DNA of 64,000 nucleotides from positions 27,606 to 91,605 of the forward strand of contig LFLA01000025.1 in assembly GCA_001542995.1 (NCBI GenBank), given 5' to 3'. Of this stretch, positions 8,362-17,979 are shown piece after piece. The first letter of the stretch is position 1. Each line of letters opens with the position of its first letter. This DNA comes from Nitrospina sp. LS_NOB (GTDB lineage: Bacteria > Nitrospinota > Nitrospinia > Nitrospinales > VA-1). The position numbers and the translations under genes are program-made. Below the pieces are notes generated by a model. The model did not search any database, was not told the origin of the DNA, and worked only from the letters and a program-made list of their open reading frames with translations.

Positions 8362-9849
8362 ATGACCAGGTTTGTTTGCATACACGGACATTTTTACCAG
8401 CCGCCCAGGGAGAATCCATGGCTGGAGGCAATTCCTTGTCAGGAATCCGCATACCCCTTCCATGATTGGAACGAGCGTATTCACACCGAATGTTATGCCC
8501 CTAACGCCCAGGCCCGAATTCTTGATGAAAAGGGTGTTGTCACCGAAACGGTCAATAATTATTCCCGAATCAGTTTTGACTTCGGTCCTACACTACTAAG
8601 CTGGTTGGAAAGCAAGGCTCCGGATACGTATCAGGCGGTTCTGGATGCAGATCAAATCAGCCGGAAAAAGTTTTCCGGACATGGTTCGGCGATGGCGCAA
8701 TGCTATTCGCATATGATCATGCCTCTGGCCAACTCGCGGGATAAATACACCCAGGTTTATTGGGGAATCCGGGATTTTGAATCTCGTTTTAAACGCTTGC
8801 CGGAGGGAATGTGGCTGCCGGAAACGGCGGTGGATTTGGAAACCCTCGACATAATGGCTGACTCAGGCATTCTATTTACGATTTTAGCCCCTCATCAGGC
8901 AGGCAAACTATTAACTCCTGAAGGGAAAACCGGGCAGGAGAGTGAGTTGGATATTTACCGTCCTTATCGAATAAAGTTGCAGGCAGAAAGAAGTATTAAT
9001 CTGTTCTTTTATAACGGCTCCTTGTCTCAATCCATGGCGTTTGAAAATCTTTTGCGGGATGGAAAATCTTTTGCTGAAAAATTAATGCAGATGGATGTCA
9101 GCGATGGGCCGCAATTGCTCAGTGTGGCGACTGATGGAGAAACCTATGGGCATCATCATAAGTTTGGCGATATGGCATTGGCTTTTGCCTTGCGGTACAT
9201 CGATAGCCATAGTGATGCGCGATTGACCAATTTTGCCGAGTATCTGGAAAAATTTCCTCCACAAGAGGAGATTAAAATTAATGAAAGAACTTCGTGGAGT
9301 TGCGCTCATGGGATTGCACGCTGGAGCATCCATTGCGGATGCGAAACAGGGGGCCACCCGGAATGGAGGCAAAACTGGAGGGCTCCTCTCAGGCATGCAC
9401 TGGATTGGCTTCAGGGCATCGCGGATACTATTTTTACAGAAATCAGCATGCCTTTAATTAAAGATCCCTGGCGGGCGAGAAATCGTTATATTAATATTCT
9501 TATGAATCAATGTGGTAGAGATACTTTTCTGGAAGAGGAATCCCGACGCGGGTTGGACAAATCCGAAAAAGTTATTGTGCTTAAACTTCTAGAATTGCAG
9601 CGCAATTCTATGCTTATGTATACCAGTTGCGGGTGGTTTTTTAATGATGTCTCGGGGATTGAAACTGAACAGGTTTTGTTATACGCAGGAAGAGTCATTC
9701 AACTTGCTGAAGAACTTTCTGGCGATGCATTGGAACCTTATTTTTTGCAATTACTCGAGTTAGCGGCGAGTAATGTTCCGGAGAAAGGCAACGGTGCCCT
9801 GATTTATAAAAACGTGGTTAAAAAAGCCACAATGGATTTGCCAGCTTAA
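8362..9849 (+). CDS. glycoside hydrolase family 57 alpha-glucan-active enzyme
   Basis: GH57 signatures VCIHGHFYQPPRENPW, GMWLPETAV and ATDGETYGHHH. It sits between glgB and malQ. Confidence 0.9.
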   Translation: MTRFVCIHGHFYQPPRENPWLEAIPCQESAYPFHDWNERIHTECYAPNAQARILDEKGVVTETVNNYSRISFDFGPTLLSWLESKAPDTYQAVLDADQISRKKFSGHGSAMAQCYSHMIMPLANSRDKYTQVYWGIRDFESRFKRLPEGMWLPETAVDLETLDIMADSGILFTILAPHQAGKLLTPEGKTGQESELDIYRPYRIKLQAERSINLFFYNGSLSQSMAFENLLRDGKSFAEKLMQMDVSDGPQLLSVATDGETYGHHHKFGDMALAFALRYIDSHSDARLTNFAEYLEKFPPQEEIKINERTSWSCAHGIARWSIHCGCETGGHPEWRQNWRAPLRHALDWLQGIADTIFTEISMPLIKDPWRARNRYINILMNQCGRDTFLEEESRRGLDKSEKVIVLKLLELQRNSMLMYTSCGWFFNDVSGIETEQVLLYAGRVIQLAEELSGDALEPYFLQLLELAASNVPEKGNGALIYKNVVKKATMDLPA

Positions 9850-9879
9850 ACGTTAAACGTAGAGGTCATAAATATATAC

Positions 9880-11370
9880 ATGTCTCAAAACCAAGAATCT
9901 CGATGCAGTGGAATTCTTCTTCATATCACTTCACTGCCATCAAAATTTGGCGTAGGAGATTTTGGCCCCTCTGCGTTTGAGTTTATTGATTTATTAAAGC
10001 AGGCCGGTCAGACTCTTTGGCAAATTCTTCCGATTAATCCGCCCTCATTCGGAAATTCACCCTATAGTTGTACGTCAGCATTTGCCATCAGTCCGTTATT
10101 TGTCAGCCCGGAACTCTTGATTCGTGGCGGCTTGTTGGATGAGAGTGATTTGGAGCCTACTCTCGAATGTTCCCCGCATCGGGTGCAATATGCTCCCGTT
10201 TTAGAATTTAAGATCAGACTCCTTTCAAAAAGCTACGCCCGCTTCAGAATGCGGGCGAACAAAATCGAGTATGAAAGGTTTTGTGTTGACCACTCCTATT
10301 GGCTGGAGGATTTTTGTGTTTTCTCGGTTCTAAAAAACCACTTTAATGGGAGGTCTTGGATTGCGTGGCCGGAGGATATAAAAAAAAGAAATACAGTGGA
10401 AAAATATATTGAGAGGCTTGGAGAACTTATCGACCAGGAAAAATATTTTCAGTTTGTTCTGTTTTGCCAATGGGAGAAATTACAAAAGTATTGTCACGAT
10501 AAAGGGATCCGTATTTTTGGTGATGTGGCACTCTATGTGAATCATGACAGCGCTGATGTATGGGCCCACCCGGAATTTTTTAAACTCGATCAGGAAATGA
10601 GGCCTGTTGTTGTTGCGGGAGTCCCTCCTGACTATTTCAGCGAAACGGGTCAAAAATGGGGGAATCCTGTCTTTGACTGGAATATTCTTCAAGAAAATGA
10701 TTACCTCTGGTGGTTGAAGAGAATGAGGCATAGCCTGAAACTGTTTGATTTGGTTCGGATTGATCATTTTCGCGGGTTTCTGGCGGCCTGGGAGATACCC
10801 GCCAGCGATTCGACCGCAGTAAACGGGCGCTGGCAGGAATGTCCAGGGGTCGAATTCTTTTCCCGGCTATTCAAGGAATTTAAATCTATTCCCGTTGTCG
10901 CGGAGGACTTAGGTATTATTACTCAGGATGTTAAAGACGCTATGGCACGGTTTGGGTTTCCGGGAATGAAACTTTTGATCTTTGCTTTCGATGGAGATAT
11001 TTTACAAAACCCTTATGCTCCGGCTAACCATGTGAAGAACTGCATTTTGTATACCGGCACACATGATTGTAATACTACTAGGGGCTGGTTTGATGAAGAA
11101 ATGAGTGATGAGTCAAAGCTGAAACTCGAAAGTATTATAGGGCACAAAGTGAATTCAGCGACGGTTGCTGAAGAAATGGTGGTTTTGGCAATGAGATCGG
11201 TTGCATACATAGTTATTCTTCCCATGCAGGACGTGTTGGGGTTGGGTTCTGACGCTCGTATGAATTGCCCCGGAACTGCTGAAAATAATTGGGAGTGGAG
11301 GTTGCGTCAATGGTCAACCGATGATGTGGCAAAACTTGCTGAGTTGACTAAAACCTATGGCAGGGGTTAA
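9880..11370 (+). CDS. malQ: 4-alpha-glucanotransferase (amylomaltase, GH77)
   Basis: GILLHITSLPSKFGVGDFG N-terminus, LVRIDHFRGF catalytic region, YTGTHDCNT. Confidence 0.92.
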   Translation: MSQNQESRCSGILLHITSLPSKFGVGDFGPSAFEFIDLLKQAGQTLWQILPINPPSFGNSPYSCTSAFAISPLFVSPELLIRGGLLDESDLEPTLECSPHRVQYAPVLEFKIRLLSKSYARFRMRANKIEYERFCVDHSYWLEDFCVFSVLKNHFNGRSWIAWPEDIKKRNTVEKYIERLGELIDQEKYFQFVLFCQWEKLQKYCHDKGIRIFGDVALYVNHDSADVWAHPEFFKLDQEMRPVVVAGVPPDYFSETGQKWGNPVFDWNILQENDYLWWLKRMRHSLKLFDLVRIDHFRGFLAAWEIPASDSTAVNGRWQECPGVEFFSRLFKEFKSIPVVAEDLGIITQDVKDAMARFGFPGMKLLIFAFDGDILQNPYAPANHVKNCILYTGTHDCNTTRGWFDEEMSDESKLKLESIIGHKVNSATVAEEMVVLAMRSVAYIVILPMQDVLGLGSDARMNCPGTAENNWEWRLRQWSTDDVAKLAELTKTYGRG

Positions 11371-11374
11371 GAAT

Positions 11375-13840
11375 TTAGTATTTTTGGTTAACGGGAACGT
11401 TCCAAATCTCTTTTGCATATTCTTTGATAGAACGGTCGCTGGAAAACTTTCCCATCCGTGATACATTGATGATGGCTTTTCTAGTCCATGCATCAATATC
11501 CAAATAGGCATTGCCGATCTTTTCCTGGATGTCACAAAAAGATTGAAAGTCTGCCAGGATCATATAAGGGTCACCATGATCCAACAGGTTTTCCAGGATG
11601 GGTTGAAAAAGATTGGGTTGTTGGCCGAAAAAAAAGCCTTTCTGAACCATGTCTAGAGCCTCTCGCAATTCTAGATTTTGCTTGTAAATCTCCCTGGGTT
11701 GGTAACCGCCTTGTTTCTTCTCCATAACTTCATCGGCATTCAAACCAAATATGAAGATATTTTCGCTTCCAACCTCCTCCATAATTTCAATATTTGCGCC
11801 ATCGAGTGTTCCCACGGTTAAAGCACCATTGAGAGACAGCTTCATATTTCCGGTACCTGAAGCTTCCATCCCTGCTGTGGAAATTTGTACGGAAAGATCG
11901 GCGGCGGGAATAATTCTTTCCGCAAGAGTCACGGAATAATTCGGTAAAAATACGATTTTGAGTTTCCCCTGTAAACTGGAGTCGGCATTGATGGTGTCCG
12001 CGACGCTGTTGATGAATTTGATGATCAGTTTTGCCATGGCATAACCCGGAGCAGCTTTTCCGGAAAACATAATGGTTCGGGGAGTTTTAAAGTCTTTAGG
12101 GTTTCTACGCATGCGGTTATAAAGCGCGATGGCGTGCAGAACGCCTAATAGCTGCCTTTTGTATTCATGAATTCGCTTGACCTGTATATCAAATAGGGAG
12201 TTTGGATCAATTTCCAGACTTAAAGTCTCTTGAATATAGTTTGCTAGCCGTTTTTTATTATCGAATTTTATTTTTTTCCAGCGGTCGATCAGTTGAGGAT
12301 CGTTGATATGATCCTGAAGGTATTTTATCTCTGATAAATCCCGGACCCATAAATCTCCAATATAATCTGTGATTAGTTTTGATAGTTCAGGATTACAGGC
12401 TTTCAGCCAGCGGCGCGGGGTAATGCCGTTAGTTTTGTTGTTGAAACGGTCGGGAAACATTTCATAAAAGTCGGGAAATATCTTTTCCTTGAGTATACTG
12501 GAATGTAGTTTTGCAACCCCATTGGTGGAATGACTGCCAATAATGGAGAGGTTTGCCATGCGAATATATTTTGTATGGTTTTCCTCAATAAGGGACATTC
12601 TATTCATTTTCTCTAGATCACCAGGGTAACGTTCCTGTACCTGATCCATAAAATCCTGGTTGATTTGGAAAATGATGTCGAGATGCCGGGGTAAAACTCT
12701 GCTAAATAATTCCAGTGACCATTTTTCCATCGCCTCGGGAAGAATGGTGTGGTTGGTGAATGCAAATGTGTTAACGGTTATTTTCCAGGCTTTGGCCCAA
12801 GGCACTTTTTCAATATCAATCAGAATGCGCATTAATTCAGCAATGGCCAATGCGGGATGGGTGTCATTCAATTGGATGGCGACCTTGTCACTGAACTCGT
12901 CAAAGGTGGTATGGCATTTTTTGTATCGTCGGATGATATCGCTCAGGGAGGCAGCCACGAAAAAGTATTCCTGCTTGAACCGGAGTTCCTTCCCCGATTG
13001 ATTATGGTCTGCCGGATAAAGTACTTTGGAAATTATTTCGCTTTCATGTTTGTTTTGCACGGCCTGGAAATAATCACCGGACTGAAAATATTCCAGTTCC
13101 AACTCCCGGCTGGACCGGGCACTCCATAGACGAAGGTTGTTGACCGTATCATTTTTATAACCGGGGACGGGGATGTCGTAAGCCATGGCCATGACATCCT
13201 GGGTGTCGACCCACTTATGTTCCTTTTCACCCTTTGCGTTTTGAATGGATTGCACATGGCCATAAAACTTAACCGGAAACAGGGAGCGTGGTCGGGGGAT
13301 TTCCCATGGATTCCCCACTCGCAACCAGTTGTCAGCCTTTTCCACCTGGTAGCCCCGGACTATTTTTTGGTAAAAGATTCCAAATTCATAACGGATTCCG
13401 TATCCATATCCGGGAATTCCCAGGCTGGAAATAGAGTCGAGATAACAGGCCGCAAGACGCCCAAGGCCGCCATTGCCCAACCCTGCCTCGACCTCGTGCT
13501 CCTCCAGTTCATGAATGTCATGGTCGAGCTCTCCCAGAGCCTGTTTGTATTCATCATAAATTCCAAGGTTGATCAGATTATTGGTCAGCAATCTGCCAAT
13601 TAGAAATTCCATGGAAAGGTAGTAAACCCTTTTTACGTTGTGCTCGTAATAAGATTGCTGGGTGTGCAACCATCTGTTTACCAAGTGATCGCGGACCGAT
13701 AAAGCCAGGCTGATGAAGTGGTCCATTTTTGTTGCAGAATACTGGTCGTCGACTAAGGTGTATTTCAGATGATGTTTGAACCAAAGCTTGAGCGATTCCC
13801 GGGTGATTTGTCCTGGTTCGTGTTTAATTTTGTCAATCAT
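11375..13840 (-). CDS. glgP: glycogen/maltodextrin phosphorylase (GT35)
   Basis: 821 aa. Pyridoxal-phosphate lysine motif EASGTGNMKLSLNGALTVGTLDGANIE; GLGNGGLGRLAAC. Confidence 0.95.
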   Translation of the reverse strand: MIDKIKHEPGQITRESLKLWFKHHLKYTLVDDQYSATKMDHFISLALSVRDHLVNRWLHTQQSYYEHNVKRVYYLSMEFLIGRLLTNNLINLGIYDEYKQALGELDHDIHELEEHEVEAGLGNGGLGRLAACYLDSISSLGIPGYGYGIRYEFGIFYQKIVRGYQVEKADNWLRVGNPWEIPRPRSLFPVKFYGHVQSIQNAKGEKEHKWVDTQDVMAMAYDIPVPGYKNDTVNNLRLWSARSSRELELEYFQSGDYFQAVQNKHESEIISKVLYPADHNQSGKELRFKQEYFFVAASLSDIIRRYKKCHTTFDEFSDKVAIQLNDTHPALAIAELMRILIDIEKVPWAKAWKITVNTFAFTNHTILPEAMEKWSLELFSRVLPRHLDIIFQINQDFMDQVQERYPGDLEKMNRMSLIEENHTKYIRMANLSIIGSHSTNGVAKLHSSILKEKIFPDFYEMFPDRFNNKTNGITPRRWLKACNPELSKLITDYIGDLWVRDLSEIKYLQDHINDPQLIDRWKKIKFDNKKRLANYIQETLSLEIDPNSLFDIQVKRIHEYKRQLLGVLHAIALYNRMRRNPKDFKTPRTIMFSGKAAPGYAMAKLIIKFINSVADTINADSSLQGKLKIVFLPNYSVTLAERIIPAADLSVQISTAGMEASGTGNMKLSLNGALTVGTLDGANIEIMEEVGSENIFIFGLNADEVMEKKQGGYQPREIYKQNLELREALDMVQKGFFFGQQPNLFQPILENLLDHGDPYMILADFQSFCDIQEKIGNAYLDIDAWTRKAIINVSRMGKFSSDRSIKEYAKEIWNVPVNQKY

Positions 13841-14002
13841 GAGTTGGAATGTGTTGAAAAAACTGCTAGTGATCGAATTTATGGATCAGGGTTGTGCCCA
13901 AATCGTATACGAAATTGCGATAATACATTTTTAGCATATTATCCAAACCCCTGCCAGTAACTTTGAAGAATTGGTTTAGCATTATGGGGCTCGAAAAAAG
14001 AT

Positions 14003-15598
14003 TTATTGGCACTCCTGTATAGCTTGGGTTTTCTGGCGCTCCAAGGCCCGTAATTTACGGGCTTCCTTTTTGTTCATTTTGGTTTTTACCTTTTTCTCCG
14101 TGATGGGCTCTCCCTCCCAACCCACTTTTTCCAGGAAGTCCTCGTACCCTCCATGAAAATATTCCGCTCGGCCCTGATGGAAAATAATCAGGTTTTTAGC
14201 CAGGGTTTTAAGGATGAGTTCAGAGTGAGTCACAATCACCAGCGCTCCGGCATAATCGTTCAATTCTTCTATCAAAGCTTCAATAGATTCTACATCCAGA
14301 TGATGAGAAGGTTCATCCAAAAGCAGAAGGTTGGTCGGGTGGGAAATGATTTTTCCCAACAGAACGCGGCTTCTTTCTCCGCCGGATAACACGCTCACCT
14401 TTTTCTTGCTCAGGTCTCCATCAAACATCATGGCTCCACATATGCTGTGGGCGGCTTGCAGGGAAAGGTTGGGATTGGAACGCAGTATCTCATCCAGCAC
14501 CTTGTTTTTGGGTTCGAGCCTGTCGATATTGGTCTGACCAAAATGGCCGAAACAGGCAGAGGGATGCTGGATGATAGAACCGGAAGTAGGCGTCAATTCC
14601 TCTGCCAGACAATTTAACAGAGTCGACTTGCCTTTTCCGTTGGCTCCGATGATTCCAATGCGGTCCTTCCGCCCAATGGAGAATGATAGATCTGTGAAAA
14701 TATTGTTTTCAGGATTGCCGTCGTAGGAGAAAGAAATATCCTTTATATTCATGACTATTTTTCCCGGGCAGAGGCGGTGGTTGAATCTGAATCCGAGATT
14801 CTTCTCGGTACCCAGTTTTTCCATCGTGCCCATCTTTTTCATCATCTTTAGCCGGGACTGGGCCATTGTTGCCTTGGAAGCCTTGGCGCGAAACCGGTCT
14901 ATAAGGGATTGCATTTCTTTTCGCTTGTTCTCCAGGTTTTTGCGGGTTAATTCGTAGGTCTCTTCTTCCTGGATCATTTGCTCGTAAAATTTTATGGTGC
15001 CGCCCCGGACTTTTCGGGCCTGTTTGCGATGCAGGCCCAGTGTGTGGGTGGTGACTTTATCCATGAAATCCCGGTCATGCGTGATGAGTATCATTTCTCC
15101 GGGCCATTTGTTCAGGTAGTCCTTGAGCCAACGGAGTGAAATGATGTCGAGATAGTTGGTGGGTTCATCAAGCAGAAGCATATTGGGGTCGGCCAACAAT
15201 GTTTTACAAAGATTGATTCGCACCTGGAAACCACCACTGAAGGTGATGGGGTCTTTTTGAAAATCTTGGTCGGAAAAACCCAGACCGGCAAGGATGATCT
15301 CAGCTTTGTAATGATCCCATTGCTTTTCAACGGGCAGGGCTTCAATACATTCCTTGAGAACGGTGGGTTGGGTGAAACGGATATGCTGGTCCAGAGCACC
15401 GATCCTGTATCCTTTGGGTGTTGAAAGGGTTCCCGAGTCCTGCCTCTCCTGTCCCAGGATCATCCTGAATAGGGTGGACTTCCCGGTACCATTTTTACCG
15501 ACCAACCCAACGTGTTCGCCTTTATTGATAAGAAAAGACACATCCTCAAAAAGAATTTGAGGGCCAAAAGATTTTTCAAGACTGCTAGCTATAATCAT
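14003..15598 (-). CDS. ABC-F family ATPase (two tandem ABC domains, no TM domain)
   Basis: Two Walker A motifs (GKNGTGKST, GANGKGKST), two signature motifs (FSGGFQVR, LSGGERSR) and a charged inter-domain linker. Confidence 0.9.
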   Translation of the reverse strand: MIIASSLEKSFGPQILFEDVSFLINKGEHVGLVGKNGTGKSTLFRMILGQERQDSGTLSTPKGYRIGALDQHIRFTQPTVLKECIEALPVEKQWDHYKAEIILAGLGFSDQDFQKDPITFSGGFQVRINLCKTLLADPNMLLLDEPTNYLDIISLRWLKDYLNKWPGEMILITHDRDFMDKVTTHTLGLHRKQARKVRGGTIKFYEQMIQEEETYELTRKNLENKRKEMQSLIDRFRAKASKATMAQSRLKMMKKMGTMEKLGTEKNLGFRFNHRLCPGKIVMNIKDISFSYDGNPENNIFTDLSFSIGRKDRIGIIGANGKGKSTLLNCLAEELTPTSGSIIQHPSACFGHFGQTNIDRLEPKNKVLDEILRSNPNLSLQAAHSICGAMMFDGDLSKKKVSVLSGGERSRVLLGKIISHPTNLLLLDEPSHHLDVESIEALIEELNDYAGALVIVTHSELILKTLAKNLIIFHQGRAEYFHGGYEDFLEKVGWEGEPITEKKVKTKMNKKEARKLRALERQKTQAIQECQ

Positions 15599-15676
15599 TA
15601 GGGATTAAATTTATAAATGAGTTGAAAAAAATAATTCTTAATTTAAGAGTGAGTGGATCAGGAAGGAAAAGAAAAC

Positions 15677-15753
15677 TGGTCGGGATGAGAAGATTTGAAC
15701 TTCCGACCCCCTACTCCCGAAGCAGGTGCGCTACCAGGCTGCGCTACATCCCG
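15677..15753 (-). tRNA. tRNA-Pro (anticodon CGG)
   Basis: Hand-folded 77-nt cloverleaf on the minus strand: CGGGATG-TA-GCGC-AGCCTGGTA-GCGC-A-CCTGC-TTCGGGA-GTAGG-GGGTC-GGAAG-TTCAAAT-CTTCT-CATCCCG-A-CCA. Very close to the E. coli proK-type sequence as I remember it. CCA is encoded. Confidence 0.9.
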
Positions 15754-15759
15754 ACTGTT

Positions 15760-16890
15760 TTAGCTTGTTTTGTAAAAGAATTTTTTGAGGTATTTCCAGA
15801 TAATGATTGAACCTACTCGATTCAGCACCGACTTAAACCAGGTGCTCCCTCCTAAACATTTTTGGCAGTGGGGGTGGACTACTTTATTCTTTTGAAATCC
15901 TTCCACCGCGTCAATGACCGGCTGGGTGTTCATGATCTCCGTGATCGAATTTTTGAACACGTTCCCGGCTGCTGTCTTTCCGTCAAAATCGACACAGCAG
16001 TAAGTCAAATCGCCGCTAACCAAAATGGCAAAGTGGTCGCTCAGCGCACTGCAATAACCGGTTTTGGAGGGTACCACTTGGCTACCCTCGGTAAATGCGT
16101 TACCCCATGTGTTGAGAATGTAGGTCTCGAAAAAAATATTCGGCGCGACTTCCACCACGTTCCATTTAAAGGAGGAGAGTTTATCTATCTTCTTTTCCAC
16201 TGCGGCTTTCTGTTCTTCGCTGAGGGGTGGACAGATTTTATGAACCTCTCGAGCCCAATATCGAAAAGTTTTGCGTAATTCTTTGGTGTTGTTGATGACA
16301 CTCATCGTCCCCACTGTCCAGTCGTCACCGGGTACTTCGGTTTTGATCGATGTGTTCAAAAAGTGGACTTTTATCTTAGGAGGCTTTTCTTGTTTCAGGC
16401 AGCCTTCAATGAATTGCAAAATGCGGTTGTGATATTCATCGAACTTCATCCGCCTGGACTTCCGGGTTTTAAAGGATTCCTCGTCAGGAGTTTGCAGGGA
16501 GATGTTCACTTGCGAGGCGGTAACTTTTTCCAGCTTGATAGCCATCTCGTTATCGAGATAAGTCCCATTGGTGGTGATGCCGGTCTTCACGCCTAACTGC
16601 GCTGCATACTCAAGAATTTCGAAAAAGAGGGGGTGCATGAATGGCTCGCCCATCACATGGAAGGTGATTTTTTCCGCCATATTGTATTCGGCGATCTCGT
16701 CAATGATTCCACAGACTCTTTCAAATTTCATATACTCATAATGGCGGGTCATTTCCTGCTTGGGGCAAAAGGTGCAGTCAAAGTTGCAGACGTTGGTCAA
16801 TTCAATATGAATACGTTGCAGGGGAAACTGGACCAATTCGCCAAAGCGGCCGGGAAAATTTTGGGTACCGGGTTGAACCTGAGTCAGCAT
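15760..16890 (-). CDS. radical SAM protein with a C-terminal SPASM/twitch-like Cys cluster
   Basis: CNFDCTFCP (CxxxCxxC) near the N-terminus. C-terminal GYCSAL...LTYCCVDF...HPHCQKC. The stop lies 6 nt before the tRNA-Pro 5' end. Confidence 0.85.
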   Translation of the reverse strand: MLTQVQPGTQNFPGRFGELVQFPLQRIHIELTNVCNFDCTFCPKQEMTRHYEYMKFERVCGIIDEIAEYNMAEKITFHVMGEPFMHPLFFEILEYAAQLGVKTGITTNGTYLDNEMAIKLEKVTASQVNISLQTPDEESFKTRKSRRMKFDEYHNRILQFIEGCLKQEKPPKIKVHFLNTSIKTEVPGDDWTVGTMSVINNTKELRKTFRYWAREVHKICPPLSEEQKAAVEKKIDKLSSFKWNVVEVAPNIFFETYILNTWGNAFTEGSQVVPSKTGYCSALSDHFAILVSGDLTYCCVDFDGKTAAGNVFKNSITEIMNTQPVIDAVEGFQKNKVVHPHCQKCLGGSTWFKSVLNRVGSIIIWKYLKKFFYKTS

Positions 16891-16911
16891 GATTTATTTC
16901 TATCGCAGGAA

Positions 16912-17106
16912 TTAATCGTTATTAGTTTTTGAATAATTATAACGGTCTATGCTTTCGCTCCAAAATGAGTTGTTGGTCACGTTGCGCGAAACCTTTTTAG
17001 ACCCACATTCAGGGCAAGACACCTTTTTTTTATCCACTTCTGACATCTTCATTTCGATCACGAAATCTTTTTTACATTTTTCGCAGGTATGATCGTAATG
17101 GGGCAT
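16912..17106 (-). CDS. FmdB-family zinc-ribbon protein
   Basis: MPHYDHTCEKCKKDF...VSCPECGSKKVSR (CxxC...CxxC). I take the start at the internal ATG 17106. Confidence 0.7.
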   Translation of the reverse strand: MPHYDHTCEKCKKDFVIEMKMSEVDKKKVSCPECGSKKVSRNVTNNSFWSESIDRYNYSKTNND

Positions 17107-17184
17107 TATCGAGTCCTCCGGATTCACTTAAACTTCATAAAAACATGGGTGTTCCTCATGAAGCTACTAAGAATACAATAGTTT

Positions 17185-17844
17185 CTAATTCAAAGCAATA
17201 AATCCAGCAAAGTTGTTCCATTTGAAAAACAGATCAACCGTCGGGAAGCCGGCCTTTTTGATGAGATCCCGGTTTTCCTCTACTGTCCAGGGGATGAGCA
17301 CATTTTCCAGAGCTTCGCGTTTTCTGGAAATCTCCAAGTTGGAATACCCTCGGTCCCGCTTAAACCGATGGTGAAAATCGATGAATGTCCGGTCCAGCTC
17401 AGGAATGCCGCTTTTAATTTTTTCAATGAGGACGAGGGACCCTCCGGGAACCAGACCCTCACAGATATTTTTTAGCAAGGGAATTCTGCGTTCCGGTAAG
17501 ACAAACTGCAGGGTATAGTTCATCACCACCACAGACGCATTTTGGATGGAGAGTCCCTGATTTAAGTCTGCCTCAAAGAGTTCGCAGGGGATCGGTGATT
17601 CTCTCAGTGTTTTGCTGGATTTTTCCAACATGGCTGAAGAGTTGTCGACGCCATACAAAGAGATCCCCTTATTTTTGTCTATCGACTGGGCCAGTTTAAG
17701 AAGCAGGGTGCCGGTGGAACAACCCAGGTCGTAGACGGAAGTGTTTGCCTTGGCGAATTGGGCACACCAGTGCACCGCCAACGACTGACATTCCTGATAC
17801 ATCGGCACACTTCGTTCCAGCATATCGTCGAATACATTTGCCAC
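17185..17844 (-). CDS. cmoA: carboxy-S-adenosyl-L-methionine synthase (CmoA-type class I methyltransferase fold); true start probably upstream of 17844
   Basis: FDDMLERSVPMYQE, DLGCSTG, MNYTLQF and HHRFKRDRGYS..EISRKREALENVL are all CmoA-like. Homology continues in frame to about 17906 (see finding). Confidence 0.85.
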   Translation of the reverse strand: MANVFDDMLERSVPMYQECQSLAVHWCAQFAKANTSVYDLGCSTGTLLLKLAQSIDKNKGISLYGVDNSSAMLEKSSKTLRESPIPCELFEADLNQGLSIQNASVVVMNYTLQFVLPERRIPLLKNICEGLVPGGSLVLIEKIKSGIPELDRTFIDFHHRFKRDRGYSNLEISRKREALENVLIPWTVEENRDLIKKAGFPTVDLFFKWNNFAGFIALN

Positions 17845-17979
17845 TGACTCATCAAACTCGAAAGGCTCGCTGGCAGTATCCCGATTGAATAATGTGTCCC
17901 GCTTGGAGATGGCATCCTCCAGTCAAAAATTTTTAAAAGAAAATCCCCTTCCGGAAAACTGGAAGGGGACTATGGCTGA

